The notes under the pieces are model-generated. The model made no database searches and was not told where the DNA came from. It saw nothing but the letters and a program-made list of their open reading frames with translations. The position numbers were made by a program, and so were the translations under genes. This document shows, piece by piece, positions 9,736 to 21,224 of a stretch of 64,000 bases of DNA (position 1 is the stretch's first letter; each line of letters starts with the position of its first letter). Where the stretch lies: the sequence record MK327928.1. One strand, written 5' to 3'. The stretch comes from Escherichia phage vB_EcoM_G2133.

Positions 9736-10361
9736 TATAGTAACTCAAAGAACTCTTTGAGGCCTCTTATTACGTGAGCATGGGTTTTTCCACACTCTGG
9801 ACACTTAATTGGAACAGCCAAATAAACAGTAGGCTTTAAAAGCATATCTTTTATAGCTACAATATCTGACTCTGTGATGATAGAATATAAATCTTCCAGT
9901 TCTTTTTCATTTAAGTCTTCAACTGGAATGCTTTCCCCGTTAGCATGAATCGTTTCTATACATGATACTATCATGTGGGCTATATTTTTATCATCAAAAA
10001 TTTTAGGGTATCGGAATTTAATTTTAATGTCACCCAGTGTATACCAGAGGTCTTCTGGTGCATCTATTTGTGTATGTAATAGATTTATATGGGTTGGTAT
10101 TTCAGTTCCACAGGTGCACTTCCAGGAGTTTTCGTGATTAACTTCACCGAGAGAATGTGCCCATAAATGAATCAACAATAGTTCTGATTCTTGGCGGTTT
10201 AAATCTTTTGCATTTGTGCAGTCTTTGATTAGCTTTTTAACAATTACTTCTACGGAACCATTATTTTTGGCAGTAATAAGTTCTAGATATTCTTTAAGCG
10301 TGAATGCGCGACAATTGATTATTTTAGAACCAACTCTCACATCAAATTTGTATTCATACAT
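9735..10361 (-). CDS. 26: Baseplate hub protein gp26
   Basis: 208 aa; divergent from gene 51. Confidence 0.8.
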   Translation of the reverse strand: MYEYKFDVRVGSKIINCRAFTLKEYLELITAKNNGSVEVIVKKLIKDCTNAKDLNRQESELLLIHLWAHSLGEVNHENSWKCTCGTEIPTHINLLHTQIDAPEDLWYTLGDIKIKFRYPKIFDDKNIAHMIVSCIETIHANGESIPVEDLNEKELEDLYSIITESDIVAIKDMLLKPTVYLAVPIKCPECGKTHAHVIRGLKEFFELL

Positions 10362-10382
10362 ATTTAGCTCCTTTATTTATCA

Positions 10383-10394
10383 TATTTATAAATA
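10383..10394. promoter_or_regulatory. Overlapping divergent late promoters (tatTTATAAAta) for gp26 (minus) and gp51 (plus)
   Basis: Plus TATAAATA at 10387-10394 and minus-strand TATAAATA (plus tatttata 10383-10390) share a palindromic core in the 50-nt gap between divergent genes. Confidence 0.6.
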
Positions 10395-10411
10395 GAATAA
10401 AAGGAGCATCT

Positions 10412-11161
10412 ATGGCAAACATTATTCGTTGTAAATTACCAGATGGTGTTCATCGTTTTAAACCATTTACGGTAGAAGATTATCGAGATTTTTTGTTAGT
10501 TCGAAACGATATAGAACATCGGTCACCGCAAGAACAAAAAGAAATAATTACTGATTTAATTGATGATTATTTTGGAGACTATCCGAAGACTTGGCAACCA
10601 TTTATATTTTTGCAGGTATTTGTAGGGTCGATAGGTAAAACTAAAGTACCGGTCACATTTGTATGTCCAAAATGTAAAAAAGAAAAGACAGTTCCATTTG
10701 AAATATACCAAAAAGAATTAAAGGAACCTGTTTTTGATGTAGCTAATGTTAAAATTAAATTAAAGTTTCCTTCTGAGTTTTATGAAAATAAAGCAAAGAT
10801 GATTACTGAAAATATTCATTCTGTCCAAGTAGATGAAATATGGTATGATTGGAAGGAAATTAGTGAATCAAGCCAAATAGAACTTGTTGATGCCATCGAG
10901 ATAGAAACATTAGAAAAAATTCTCGATGCAATGAATCCTATTAATTTAACTCTACATATGTCATGCTGTAATAAGTACATTAAAAAATACACTGATATAG
11001 TAGACGTGTTTAAGCTATTAGTTAACCCAGATGAGATATTTACTTTTTATCAAATTAATCACACACTCGTAAAAAGTAATTATAGCTTAAATTCAATAAT
11101 GAAAATGATTCCTGCCGAGCGCGGATTCGTATTAAAACTGATTGAGAAGGATAAACAATAA
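10412..11161 (+). CDS. 51: Baseplate hub assembly protein gp51
   Basis: 249 aa; T4 order 26/51/27. Confidence 0.8.
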   Translation: MANIIRCKLPDGVHRFKPFTVEDYRDFLLVRNDIEHRSPQEQKEIITDLIDDYFGDYPKTWQPFIFLQVFVGSIGKTKVPVTFVCPKCKKEKTVPFEIYQKELKEPVFDVANVKIKLKFPSEFYENKAKMITENIHSVQVDEIWYDWKEISESSQIELVDAIEIETLEKILDAMNPINLTLHMSCCNKYIKKYTDIVDVFKLLVNPDEIFTFYQINHTLVKSNYSLNSIMKMIPAERGFVLKLIEKDKQ

Positions 11162-12336
11162 TGAGTATGTTGCAACGCCCCGGATATCCAAATCTCAGCG
11201 TTAAATTATTTGATAGCTACGACGCTTGGAGTAATAATAGATTTGTTGAATTAGCTGCTACTATTACCACATTAACTATGCGGGATTCTCTTTATGGCCG
11301 AAATGAAGGAATGTTGCAGTTTTATGATTCTAAAAACATCCATACAAAAATGGATGGAAATGAAATAATTCAGATTTCTGTAGCTAATGCAAATGATATT
11401 AATAATGTTAAAACACGAATTTATGGATGTAAGCATTTTTCCGTGTCAGTAGATTCAAAAGGTGATAACATCATTGCTATTGAATTGGGAACTATTCATT
11501 CTATAGAAAATCTTAAATTTGGTAGACCATTTTTCCCTGATGCGGGTGAATCAATAAAAGAAATGCTTGGTGTCATTTATCAAGACCGTACACTATTAAC
11601 TCCAGCAATAAATGCTATAAATGCTTATGTTCCTGATATTCCATGGACTAGCACATTTGAAAACTATTTGTCATATGTAAGAGAAGTTGCTCTAGCTGTA
11701 GGAAGTGACAAATTTGTATTTGTGTGGCAAGACATCATGGGAGTTAACATGATGGACTATGATATGATGATAAACCAAGAACCATATCCAATGATTGTCG
11801 GCGAGCCATCTTTAATAGGTCAATTCATCCAAGAATTAAAATACCCATTAGCATATGATTTCGTTTGGTTGACTAAATCGAATCCTCACAAACGTGACCC
11901 AATGAAAAATGCTACTATCTATGCTCATTCATTTTTAGATTCTTCATTGCCAATGATTACTACGGGAAAGGGCGAAAACTCTATTGTAGTGTCAAGGTCA
12001 GGTGCTTATTCTGAAATGACTTATAGGAATGGTTATGAAGAAGCTATTCGTCTTCAAACTATGGCACAATATGACGGCTATGCTAAATGTTCTACTGTCG
12101 GTAATTTTAACTTGACTCCTGGTGTTAAAATTATTTTTAATGATAGTAAAAACCAATTTAAAACAGAATTTTACGTTGATGAAGTTATCCATGAATTATC
12201 AAATAATAATTCAGTAACTCATCTTTATATGTTCACTAATGCAACGAAACTGGAAACAATAGACCCAGTTAAGGTTAAAAATGAATTTAAATCTGATACT
12301 ACCACTGAAGAAAGTAGTTCTTCCAATAAGCAATAA
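11161..12336 (+). CDS. 27: Baseplate hub protein gp27
   Basis: 391 aa. Confidence 0.9.
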   Translation: MSMLQRPGYPNLSVKLFDSYDAWSNNRFVELAATITTLTMRDSLYGRNEGMLQFYDSKNIHTKMDGNEIIQISVANANDINNVKTRIYGCKHFSVSVDSKGDNIIAIELGTIHSIENLKFGRPFFPDAGESIKEMLGVIYQDRTLLTPAINAINAYVPDIPWTSTFENYLSYVREVALAVGSDKFVFVWQDIMGVNMMDYDMMINQEPYPMIVGEPSLIGQFIQELKYPLAYDFVWLTKSNPHKRDPMKNATIYAHSFLDSSLPMITTGKGENSIVVSRSGAYSEMTYRNGYEEAIRLQTMAQYDGYAKCSTVGNFNLTPGVKIIFNDSKNQFKTEFYVDEVIHELSNNNSVTHLYMFTNATKLETIDPVKVKNEFKSDTTTEESSSSNKQ

Positions 12337-12814
12337 AGAAGTTTCTATTCCTAAAATGGGTCTTAAACATTATAACATTTTAAAGGATGTTAAAGGTCCT
12401 GATGAAAATTTAAAACTTCTTATTGATTCTATTTGTCCGAATTTATCACCGGCAGAAGTTGATTTCGTTTCTATTCATTTATTGGAATTTAATGGAAAGA
12501 TTAAATCTCGTAAAGAAATAGATGGCTATACTTATGACATTAATGATGTCTATGTATGCCAAAGATTGGAATTTCAATACCAAGGAAATACATTTTATTT
12601 TAGACCTCCTGGAAAATTTGAACAATTTTTAACGGTGAGCGATATGTTATCTAAATGCTTGCTTAAGGTCAACGATGAAGTTAAAGAAATTAATTTTCTT
12701 GAGATGCCAGCATTCGTTTTAAAATGGGCAAATGATATTTTTACAACTTTAGCAATTCCTGGCCCTAATGGTCCAATAACTGGAATTGGCAATATTATTG
12801 GATTATTTGAATGA
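12281..12814 (+). CDS. 28: Baseplate hub distal protein gp28
   Basis: 177 aa; overlaps gp27 3' end. Confidence 0.8.
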   Translation: MNLNLILPLKKVVLPISNKEVSIPKMGLKHYNILKDVKGPDENLKLLIDSICPNLSPAEVDFVSIHLLEFNGKIKSRKEIDGYTYDINDVYVCQRLEFQYQGNTFYFRPPGKFEQFLTVSDMLSKCLLKVNDEVKEINFLEMPAFVLKWANDIFTTLAIPGPNGPITGIGNIIGLFE

Positions 12815-14583
12815 AAAAGCCACAAGAAATGCAAACGATGCGTAGAAAAGTTATTTCAGATAATAAACCAACACAGGAAGCGGCTAAATCCGCTTCCAAC
12901 ACTTTATCTGGACTTAATGATATATCTACGAAATTGGATGATGCTCAAGCTGCTTCTGAATTAATAGCTCAAACTGTCGAAGAAAAATCGAATGAAATAG
13001 TTGGAGCAATTGGTAACGTAGAAAGCGCAGTGAGTGATACTACTGCCGGTTCTGAGTTAATTGCCGAGACTGTTGAAATTGGCAATAATATCAATAAAGA
13101 AATAGGCGAATCACTCGGAAGTAAATTAGATAAATTAACAAGTTTACTAGAGCAAAAAATTCAGACAGCTGGAATTCAACAGACTGGAACTAGTTTAGCC
13201 ACAGTTGAAAGCGCTATTCCTGTTAAAGTCGTTGAGGATGATACTGCTGAATCTGTGGGTCCTTTATTACCGGCCCCTGAAGCAGTTAATAATGATCCTG
13301 ACGCTGATTTTTTCCCTACCCCTCAGCCAGTTGAACCCAAACAAGAATCGCCAGAAGAAAAACAGAAAAAAGAAGCATTTAACTTAAAATTATCTCAAGC
13401 TTTAGATAAATTAACGAAGACTGTTGATTTTGGATTTAAAAAATCCATTTCAATTACTGATAAAATATCAAGCATGTTATTTAAGTACACCATCAGTGCT
13501 GCTATTGAAGCTGCTAAAATGACTGCAATGATATTGGCTGTTGTTGTTGGAATAGACCTGTTGATGGTTCATTTTAAATACTGGTCAGATAAATTTTCAA
13601 AAGCCTGGGATTTATTTAATACTGACTTTACTAAATTCTCTAGCGAAACCGGAACATGGGGTCCTTTATTACAGAGCATCTTTGATTCTATTGATAAAAT
13701 TAAACAACTTTGGGAAGCGGGAGATTGGGGTGGATTGACAGCAGCTATTGTTGAAGGACTCGGAAGTGTTCTTTTTAATTTAGGTGAACTTATTCAATTA
13801 GGTATGGCTAAATTATCTGCAGCAATTCTTCGAGTCATTCCTGGTATGAAGGATACTGCTGATGAAGTAGAAGGAAGAGCATTAGAAAATTTCCAAAATT
13901 CTACTGGAGCATCTCTCAATAAAGAAGACCAGGAAAAAGTTGCAAATTATCAAGATAAACGAATGAACGGAGACCTTGGTCCGATAGCAAAAGGATTAGA
14001 TAAAATTGCTAATTGGAAAACTCGTGCATCTAATTGGATTCGTGGGGTTGATAATAAAGAAGCACTAACTACCGACGAAGAACGTGCAGCAGAAGAAGAA
14101 AAATTAAAGCAACTTTCACCTGAAGAAAGAAAAAATGCTTTAATGAAGGCTAATGAAGCCCGTGCCGCAATGATTCGCTTTGAAAAATATGCTGATTCAG
14201 CTGATATGAGTAAAGACTCAACGGTTAAATCTGTTGAATCTGCCTATGAAGACCTTAAAAAACGGATGGATGACCCGGATTTAAATAATTCACCGGCAGT
14301 TAAAAAAGAACTTGCTGCTAGATTTTCTAAAATTGATGCTACTTATCAAGAGCTCAAGAAAAATCAGCCTAATGCCAAACCTGAAACTTCTGCTAAATCG
14401 CCAGAAGCAAAACAAGTCCAGGTAATAGAAAAGAACAAAGCACAGCAAGCTCCTGTTCAACAAGCATCTCCTTCAATCAATAATACTAATAATGTTATTA
14501 AGAAAAATACTGTCGTTCATAATATGACACCTGTCACAAGCACAACTGCTCCTGGTGTATTTGATGCGACTGGGGTTAATTAA
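12811..14583 (+). CDS. 29: Baseplate hub / tail length determinator gp29
   Basis: 590 aa, coiled-coil rich. Confidence 0.85.
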   Translation: MKKPQEMQTMRRKVISDNKPTQEAAKSASNTLSGLNDISTKLDDAQAASELIAQTVEEKSNEIVGAIGNVESAVSDTTAGSELIAETVEIGNNINKEIGESLGSKLDKLTSLLEQKIQTAGIQQTGTSLATVESAIPVKVVEDDTAESVGPLLPAPEAVNNDPDADFFPTPQPVEPKQESPEEKQKKEAFNLKLSQALDKLTKTVDFGFKKSISITDKISSMLFKYTISAAIEAAKMTAMILAVVVGIDLLMVHFKYWSDKFSKAWDLFNTDFTKFSSETGTWGPLLQSIFDSIDKIKQLWEAGDWGGLTAAIVEGLGSVLFNLGELIQLGMAKLSAAILRVIPGMKDTADEVEGRALENFQNSTGASLNKEDQEKVANYQDKRMNGDLGPIAKGLDKIANWKTRASNWIRGVDNKEALTTDEERAAEEEKLKQLSPEERKNALMKANEARAAMIRFEKYADSADMSKDSTVKSVESAYEDLKKRMDDPDLNNSPAVKKELAARFSKIDATYQELKKNQPNAKPETSAKSPEAKQVQVIEKNKAQQAPVQQASPSINNTNNVIKKNTVVHNMTPVTSTTAPGVFDATGVN

Positions 14584-14591
14584 GGAATAAT

Positions 14592-15686
14592 ATGGCAATT
14601 GTTAAAGAAATAACTGCTGATTTAATTAAAAAGTCCGGTGAGAAAATTTCAGCCGGACAGAGTACTAAATCAGAAGTAGGAACTAAAACATACACAGCCC
14701 AGTTTCCAACTGGGCGTGCTAGTGGTAATGACACTACAGGGGACTTCCAGGTAACAGATCTATATAAGAATGGATTATTATTTACTGCATACAATATGTC
14801 ATCTAGGGATTCTGGAAGTCTTAGATCGATGAGATCTAACTACTCTTCTTCATCTTCGAGTATTTTACGTACAGCCAGAAACACTATCAGTAATACAGTA
14901 TCAAAACTGTCAAATGGATTAATATCAGATAATAATTCAGGAACAATAAGTAAAGCCCCTGTTGCAAATATTCTTTTACCAAGATCTAAATCCGATGTTG
15001 ATACATCATCACATAGATTTAATGATGTTCAAGAAAGTCTTATCAGCAGAGGCGGAGGTACTGCTACTGGTGTGCTAAGTAATATTGCTTCAACTGCAGT
15101 ATTTGGAGCACTGGAAAGTATAACACAAGGTATAATGGCTGATAATAATGAACAAATATACACTACGGCTCGAAGTATGTATGGTGGTGCTGAAAATAGA
15201 ACTAAAGTGTTTACTTGGGATTTGACTCCACGTTCAACAGAAGATTTAATGGCTATTATTAATATCTATCAATATTTTAACTATTTTTCTTATGGTGAAA
15301 CTGGTAAATCTCAATATGCTGCTGAAATAAAGGGGTATTTAGATGATTGGTATCGTTCTACGTTAATTGAACCTTTATCTCCGGAAGACGCAGCTAAAAA
15401 TAAAACACTATTTGAGAAAATGACATCGAGTTTAACTAACGTTCTAGTAGTTTCAAACCCGACAATTTGGATGGTGAAAAACTTTGGTGCAACATCTAAG
15501 TTTGATGGAAAAACGGAAATATTTGGCCCATGCCAAATACAAAGCATCAGATTTGATAAAACACCTAATGGTAACTTTAACGGATTAGCTATTGCTCCAA
15601 ACCTCCCTAGTACATTTACTCTTGAGATTACTATGAGAGAAATTATCACGTTAAACCGTGCTTCTTTATATGCGGGGACTTTTTAA
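14592..15686 (+). CDS. 48: Baseplate-tail tube junction protein gp48
   Basis: 364 aa. Confidence 0.85.
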   Translation: MAIVKEITADLIKKSGEKISAGQSTKSEVGTKTYTAQFPTGRASGNDTTGDFQVTDLYKNGLLFTAYNMSSRDSGSLRSMRSNYSSSSSSILRTARNTISNTVSKLSNGLISDNNSGTISKAPVANILLPRSKSDVDTSSHRFNDVQESLISRGGGTATGVLSNIASTAVFGALESITQGIMADNNEQIYTTARSMYGGAENRTKVFTWDLTPRSTEDLMAIINIYQYFNYFSYGETGKSQYAAEIKGYLDDWYRSTLIEPLSPEDAAKNKTLFEKMTSSLTNVLVVSNPTIWMVKNFGATSKFDGKTEIFGPCQIQSIRFDKTPNGNFNGLAIAPNLPSTFTLEITMREIITLNRASLYAGTF

Positions 15687-16651
15687 TGTATTCTTTAGAG
15701 GAATTTAATAATCAAGCAATAAACGCAGATTTCCAACGTAATAATATGTTTAGCTGCGTTTTTGCGACAACTCCATCAACTAAAAGCTCTTCGTTGATAA
15801 GTTCAATTAGCAACTTTTCTTATAATAACTTGGGCCTAAATTCAGATTGGTTAGGATTGACTCAAGGTGATATTAATCAGGGAATTACCACGCTAATTAC
15901 TGCTGGCACACAAAAACTGATAAGAAAATCAGGGGTTAGTAAATATCTTATTGGTGCCATGAGTCAACGTACAGTTCAAAGTTTATTAGGCTCATTTACA
16001 GTTGGTACATATTTAATTGACTTCTTTAACATGGCATATAACTCATCTGGATTGATGATATACTCTGTAAAAATGCCAGAGAATAGATTATCCTATGAAA
16101 CTGACTGGAACTACAATTCTCCTAATATTCGCATAACCGGGAGAGAATTAGACCCTTTGGTTATTTCATTTAGAATGGATTCAGAAGCTTGTAACTATCG
16201 TGCAATGCAAGACTGGGTTAACTCCGTTCAAGACCCAGTAACTGGATTACGCGCTTTGCCACAGGATGTCGAGGCAGATATTCAGGTTAATCTTCATTCT
16301 CGTAATGGATTGCCTCATACTGCGGTGATGTTCACTGGATGCATTCCAATATCAGTGAGCGCTCCTGAGTTATCATATGATGGAGATAACCAAATAACTA
16401 CATTTGACGTTACTTTTGCGTATAGAGTGATGCAGGCTGGAGCAGTTGATAGGCAAGCTGCGCTTGAATGGCTTGAATCTGCTGCTATAAATGGTATTCA
16501 AAGCGTTCTCGGAAATAGTGGAGGTGTTACTGGACTATCTAATTCGCTTTCACGACTCAGTAGATTAGGGGGAACTGCAGGAAGCATTTCAAACATTAAT
16601 ACTATGACAGGAATTGTCAATTCGCAAAGTAAAATATTAGGAGCAATATAA
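15686..16651 (+). CDS. 54: Baseplate-tail tube initiator gp54
   Basis: 321 aa. Confidence 0.85.
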   Translation: MYSLEEFNNQAINADFQRNNMFSCVFATTPSTKSSSLISSISNFSYNNLGLNSDWLGLTQGDINQGITTLITAGTQKLIRKSGVSKYLIGAMSQRTVQSLLGSFTVGTYLIDFFNMAYNSSGLMIYSVKMPENRLSYETDWNYNSPNIRITGRELDPLVISFRMDSEACNYRAMQDWVNSVQDPVTGLRALPQDVEADIQVNLHSRNGLPHTAVMFTGCIPISVSAPELSYDGDNQITTFDVTFAYRVMQAGAVDRQAALEWLESAAINGIQSVLGNSGGVTGLSNSLSRLSRLGGTAGSISNINTMTGIVNSQSKILGAI

Positions 16652-16656
16652 CAATG

Positions 16657-16674
16657 GGGACCTTTCGGTCCCCA
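16657..16674. terminator. Bidirectional hairpin ggggaccTTTCggtcccc between gp54 and convergent alt.-3
   Basis: 7-bp GC stem, T-run following. Confidence 0.65.
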
Positions 16675-16679
16675 TATTT

Positions 16680-16970
16680 TTATTTACGGAATGAAATAAA
16701 AGCAGCAACTGAAGCAACTAAACTGTCTTCAATATAAACCTCAATTTTTACCGGAGCTTCTGACTCAAATTTACCTGTTACTACACCTTGGAAAATACTT
16801 TCAGTCTGTTCTGGCTTTGAAAAATTTTCAGAAGGAAAAATTCCGAACTTTTTATCTGTTCCAAAAATTTTGATAAATTCATCGTAAACTGCTTCATTAA
16901 AAGCATTATCAGCAGGAATAACGCCTTCAACTACAAGTTCTTGACCTAAAAAGCGCAAAGAAGATTTCAT
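16680..16970 (-). CDS. Hypothetical protein (alt.-3-like position)
   Basis: 96-aa ORF. Confidence 0.5.
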   Translation of the reverse strand: MKSSLRFLGQELVVEGVIPADNAFNEAVYDEFIKIFGTDKKFGIFPSENFSKPEQTESIFQGVVTGKFESEAPVKIEVYIEDSLVASVAAFISFRK

Positions 16971-16982
16971 TTTGTGTTCCTC

Positions 16983-17030
16983 ATGTTATGCCAGTAAGAC
17001 TACTATAACACAACACGAGGGACTTGTAAA
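16983..17030 (-). promoter_or_regulatory. Putative T4 early promoter (minus-strand GTTTACA -35, TATAGT-like -10)
   Basis: Minus strand reads gtagtttacaagtccctcgtgttgtgttatagtagtc; near-identical copy at 32163-32216. Confidence 0.45.
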
Positions 17031-19088
17031 CTACATTTTGAACTTTTTAGACATTCCGTTGATGTTAACCAAAGAAGCCAAGATTTGAGAAACTTCGTTT
17101 TCCTCTTCTTTTGATTCTTCTACAAGGAATTGATTAAATCCAGCCATTGGACGAACTTCACCAGTTTCCATTAGATGGTCGCCATCATATACCGATTCCT
17201 CTAATTGTTCAGAAGGAGGAACGATTGTACCTTCTATTAGATACTTGTTATAAGCAGTTTCTTTCATAAAGTACGTACTTACTTTATTAATCTTCAGTAA
17301 AATTCCGCGCGGTAGAATAACTTCAGCTTCTGATGGAAATCCTGATAAATGACCTGGAACGATAACTTTGATTCGCTCAGCTCCTTTAATTACCATACCC
17401 ACGCTAGTTTCAGCATCTTCATTAGCATATGTAGAATGACTACCCATATGCATCAAATCTTCTGCATCAACGGAACCTTCTCCTTCACCAGAAAATACTG
17501 CGCCGGAATCATCTAGAGCCATATAGTTTTTACCATGCTCACCGAAGATATTTGGTTTAAGCGATGTGGATACGAAGTTCTTGAAATAGAACATTTTATT
17601 TTCAATGTTATGACGCAAAGTTTTAAAGGTAACTTCTTGCCCACGATAAAGAGTAGTTCCTGGAGGAAGAACAGAACCTTTAGCAAATGCAGAATCCAAC
17701 GTCTCGATGTGTTTAATAGCTCGTTCCATATATTCTTCACGGGTAGAATCAGGTTTACCTAAAAGGAACGAGTTCATTTCAACATATGAATCTGCACAAT
17801 AATCTTCAATTACATCAGATTCAGCTTGAGTTAATCCTTTTGGAGTTACTTCGGTGCTTGCGTATTCATATGCCTGAGCGGCAGATTCATTAATCAATTT
17901 ATAAATGCCATTCATTACAAATTGAATAATAGCTGTCTTTTCATCTGGCGTAGCTTTAGAACCTTTAACCAAATCATTGATAATTTTCTTAATAACATCA
18001 AAGCTATTAGAAATATTAATGTCAGCAAGATCGCTTAAAATTTTATCAGTTTTATAATCAAAGAATTCTTTATTCTTTAAATATTCTTGAGAACCTTGAT
18101 ATGTTATATCGCTCTGCAACTTGATAGATGGATCACGTAAACGTGCATGGGCTAATGCAATATGATTTCGGAAGTTTTCTAGTTCGTAATCGCTAGATTT
18201 AAAACGAGAAGCACTTCTCATACCACCAATAGCTCCTTTGCTGAAGTTTGAACCAATCTGAATAACGCCAGAGTTCATTGGTCCTTCTGCTTTATACACC
18301 GGAACTTTAAATTCAAACTCTTGATATTTCTTAGCAGCGAAGCTATCACCCTGAAGTGAAGCATCGACAGTAGAATATTGAGCTTGTGCTGCTAATCGAC
18401 GACTAATTTTAGTTTTCTGAATAACAGCTTGATCAGTGCGCTTATCATTTTCTAAAGCAATAGAAGCAGCAACAGCGACAGCTTTAGGAACAGCATTACC
18501 TGTTTTAACGTCTACATAAACATCACCAACCTTTGATTCAACTTTTGTGAATAACTCAGTTGAAATAGGAGGTACACCTGGAATGTCTTCTAAATTGGCA
18601 TTTTTACGGTAAACCATAATATATGCATATTTCTTATCAAAGTCCCAGATTTCCTTTAAAAGAACATATCGACCTGCTCCTTTAGTACGTACTAAACGGT
18701 CAGCAATAACTTGCATTTGACGAGCAGCGCCATTTGTTTTACTCTTTAGTACGCGAAATAAGCATGCATCAATTTTATACTGTTTCATTGTTTGAAGAGC
18801 AGTATCAAAAACAGCATTAATGACGCCAATTGGATTTCCACCCAAGTTTTTAAGCTTAACTAACGATAATTTCTCGTTGACACCTATCATTACGATATGC
18901 ATCATTTTATCGCCTGGCTTAACGTTTTTATTCGTATCACCGCCAGAGGTGTATGTACAAAATCTAAATCCAGGAAGCACGCTTTCTTCACCGGCTTGAA
19001 TAGCAAAAATTTGTGGTATTTTATGCTTAGGATTTAAGTTAACAACCGGCGCCGAAGCGCCGTCAAATAATTCTGTAATAAGTTCCAT
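17031..19088 (-). CDS. Alt-family ADP-ribosyltransferase paralogue (internal head protein)
   Basis: 685 aa; N-terminus MELITELFD… shared with the adjacent paralogue; C-terminal ART-like elements YRGQ…FVSTSL…SEAEVILPRG. Confidence 0.75.
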   Translation of the reverse strand: MELITELFDGASAPVVNLNPKHKIPQIFAIQAGEESVLPGFRFCTYTSGGDTNKNVKPGDKMMHIVMIGVNEKLSLVKLKNLGGNPIGVINAVFDTALQTMKQYKIDACLFRVLKSKTNGAARQMQVIADRLVRTKGAGRYVLLKEIWDFDKKYAYIMVYRKNANLEDIPGVPPISTELFTKVESKVGDVYVDVKTGNAVPKAVAVAASIALENDKRTDQAVIQKTKISRRLAAQAQYSTVDASLQGDSFAAKKYQEFEFKVPVYKAEGPMNSGVIQIGSNFSKGAIGGMRSASRFKSSDYELENFRNHIALAHARLRDPSIKLQSDITYQGSQEYLKNKEFFDYKTDKILSDLADINISNSFDVIKKIINDLVKGSKATPDEKTAIIQFVMNGIYKLINESAAQAYEYASTEVTPKGLTQAESDVIEDYCADSYVEMNSFLLGKPDSTREEYMERAIKHIETLDSAFAKGSVLPPGTTLYRGQEVTFKTLRHNIENKMFYFKNFVSTSLKPNIFGEHGKNYMALDDSGAVFSGEGEGSVDAEDLMHMGSHSTYANEDAETSVGMVIKGAERIKVIVPGHLSGFPSEAEVILPRGILLKINKVSTYFMKETAYNKYLIEGTIVPPSEQLEESVYDGDHLMETGEVRPMAGFNQFLVEESKEEENEVSQILASLVNINGMSKKFKM

Positions 19089-19091
19089 GAT

Positions 19092-21188
19092 TTATCCTTG
19101 AACGAACTTGTAAGGCATGTTTGTAATATCTATGCAAGACGCAATAATTCCAAGAGATGATTCTACTTTCTGTTTAACGTTTGATGAAACAAATGATGCA
19201 AAGTCAACTCTGTCTTCTATTTCAATATCACCTGTCATTGCAACCAATTCACCAGTTTCCATTAAATGGTCTCCATCATAGATTACCGATTCGGTGAGCT
19301 CTTCCGTGGTCATAACTTCAGCTTGAATGAGTTTTGTATTATTAGATGTTGTTCCGTCATTATTAGAAGCATCAGTTATTTTATTAACTTTGACCATCAA
19401 TCCACGCGGTAGAATAACTTCAGCTTCTGTTGCTATTCCGAGACTTCCTGGATATACAACATTAACTTTATGAGCTCCATCAATTGCCCATCCTATTTGA
19501 ACTTTAACGTATTCAGGATTTTCTTTATACGCTCTTATTTCGTTTGGATTAATAGTTATTCCTTCTTCATTTTTATCAACTGTTAATTCATTGCGAGCTT
19601 CTGGTTCTAAAAGACCAATACCAGCATGTGTAATTCCAAAACGTCCAAAAATGATAGGAGTTAAAGAAGTAGATACAAAATTTCTGAAGTAGAACACTTT
19701 ATTTTTAACTAACGCTTCATATATAGGAGCAGTCATACTTTGAGCACGATAAACTGTAATGCCTTCTGGTATACGGTCACCATTTTCAAAAGCTGAATCT
19801 AAGTTATTTATAGCAGATTCAATTTCTTTTTCACTCATTACATCATATCGTTCTGGATTGTAACGACCTAAAAGAAGATTATTGATGTCAGTATATCCTG
19901 AACCGCAATATTCTCTAATGCCACGCTTTTGTGATGGAGTATATTTAGAACCATCGCGGGCAATAGTAATATCAATCATTGGACCAGCACCAATTCCAGA
20001 AAAACTGTAAATCATTCGTTTGAGGAATTTAGTTTTTGCTGCGTTCCAGGAATTTTTAGTTATTTCTTCCCAGACTTCATCTGGTTGTCCTTTACGATTT
20101 TTATTATGATTAGCAAGCCATTTATCTTTATAATCTTCAAAGAATTGATTTACAGCTGCTGCGTATTTCTCTAAACATTTTATTGAAGTAGTTGGTTCAT
20201 TTTTAATTGCATTAAAAATTACTTCTTTAATTTTTTCTGAAACTTCACCGACTTGACTCATTGGAAAGAATTTATAATCATAGTGAAGTTCATCTGCCGT
20301 TCCTTCAGCAATAATTTTTGCTGCCTTTGTTTTAGAAGCTAATGAATTAATTCCAATTTTCATTTCTTCTGCTTCGGGAATTAAAGGAGCGGTAGCAGGT
20401 TTATTGAAATTAGCTGCGGTAGATTCATACTTCTGGAATAATTCACTTTCAAATCTAGAAGATTCCAACGACTGACTTTGCGCAATTGCTCTACGTGAAA
20501 TTTTAACTTTAACGATTACCGCTTGGTCAGAACGTTTATCATTTTCTTGCGCAATAGATGCTGCAATTGCCTCATTTTTAGTTACTTGGGCTCCAGTATC
20601 TTTATTGATATAAACATCACCGACTTTCGATTCAACTTTAGTAAAGAGCTCGGTACTAATTTCCGGAACTCCTGGAATGTCTTCTAATGATACATTTTTG
20701 CGATGTATAAGAATATATGCATACTTTTTATCATAATCCCAGAGTTCCTTAAGAAGGACGTATCTGCCACCTGAACGACTACGGATAAGTCTATCAGCAA
20801 TAAGTTGAATTTGACGAGCTTGACCAGCAGTTTTAGACTTAAGAATACGGAGCATACATGCATCAATTTTATACTGACGCATCGTCTGCATCGCAACAGT
20901 AAAAACTGAATTGATGTAATTAATTGGGCTTGGACCGAGACCCTTTAATTTAGCAATTGAACCTTTAGCAGTTAATGTAAAAGGAACAATATGCATCATT
21001 TTATCGCCCATTTTTAAATCGCGATTAGTATCACCTCCAGATGTATAGGTACATAAACGAAAACCTGGTTGTTCAATTGCGTCATCAACATGAACTGAAA
21101 AAATTTGCGGTATTTTCTTCTTTGGATTTAAGTTTGTAATCGGAAGAGTAGTATCTTCGTCAAATAATTCTGTAATGAGTTCCATCAT
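19092..21188 (-). CDS. alt: Alt ADP-ribosyltransferase (packaged, modifies host RNA polymerase)
   Basis: 698 aa; MMELITELFDEDTTLPITNL…; C-terminal YRAQ…FVSTSL…TEAEVILPRG; adjacent to gene 30. Confidence 0.8.
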   Translation of the reverse strand: MMELITELFDEDTTLPITNLNPKKKIPQIFSVHVDDAIEQPGFRLCTYTSGGDTNRDLKMGDKMMHIVPFTLTAKGSIAKLKGLGPSPINYINSVFTVAMQTMRQYKIDACMLRILKSKTAGQARQIQLIADRLIRSRSGGRYVLLKELWDYDKKYAYILIHRKNVSLEDIPGVPEISTELFTKVESKVGDVYINKDTGAQVTKNEAIAASIAQENDKRSDQAVIVKVKISRRAIAQSQSLESSRFESELFQKYESTAANFNKPATAPLIPEAEEMKIGINSLASKTKAAKIIAEGTADELHYDYKFFPMSQVGEVSEKIKEVIFNAIKNEPTTSIKCLEKYAAAVNQFFEDYKDKWLANHNKNRKGQPDEVWEEITKNSWNAAKTKFLKRMIYSFSGIGAGPMIDITIARDGSKYTPSQKRGIREYCGSGYTDINNLLLGRYNPERYDVMSEKEIESAINNLDSAFENGDRIPEGITVYRAQSMTAPIYEALVKNKVFYFRNFVSTSLTPIIFGRFGITHAGIGLLEPEARNELTVDKNEEGITINPNEIRAYKENPEYVKVQIGWAIDGAHKVNVVYPGSLGIATEAEVILPRGLMVKVNKITDASNNDGTTSNNTKLIQAEVMTTEELTESVIYDGDHLMETGELVAMTGDIEIEDRVDFASFVSSNVKQKVESSLGIIASCIDITNMPYKFVQG

Positions 21189-21208
21189 ATCCTCTCTAGT
21201 GTTTATTC

Positions 21209-21216
21209 TATTTATA
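21209..21216 (-). promoter_or_regulatory. Late promoter TATAAATA (minus strand) upstream of alt
   Basis: Plus tatttata 21 nt upstream of alt start. Confidence 0.55.
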
Positions 21217-21224
21217 AAATTAAA

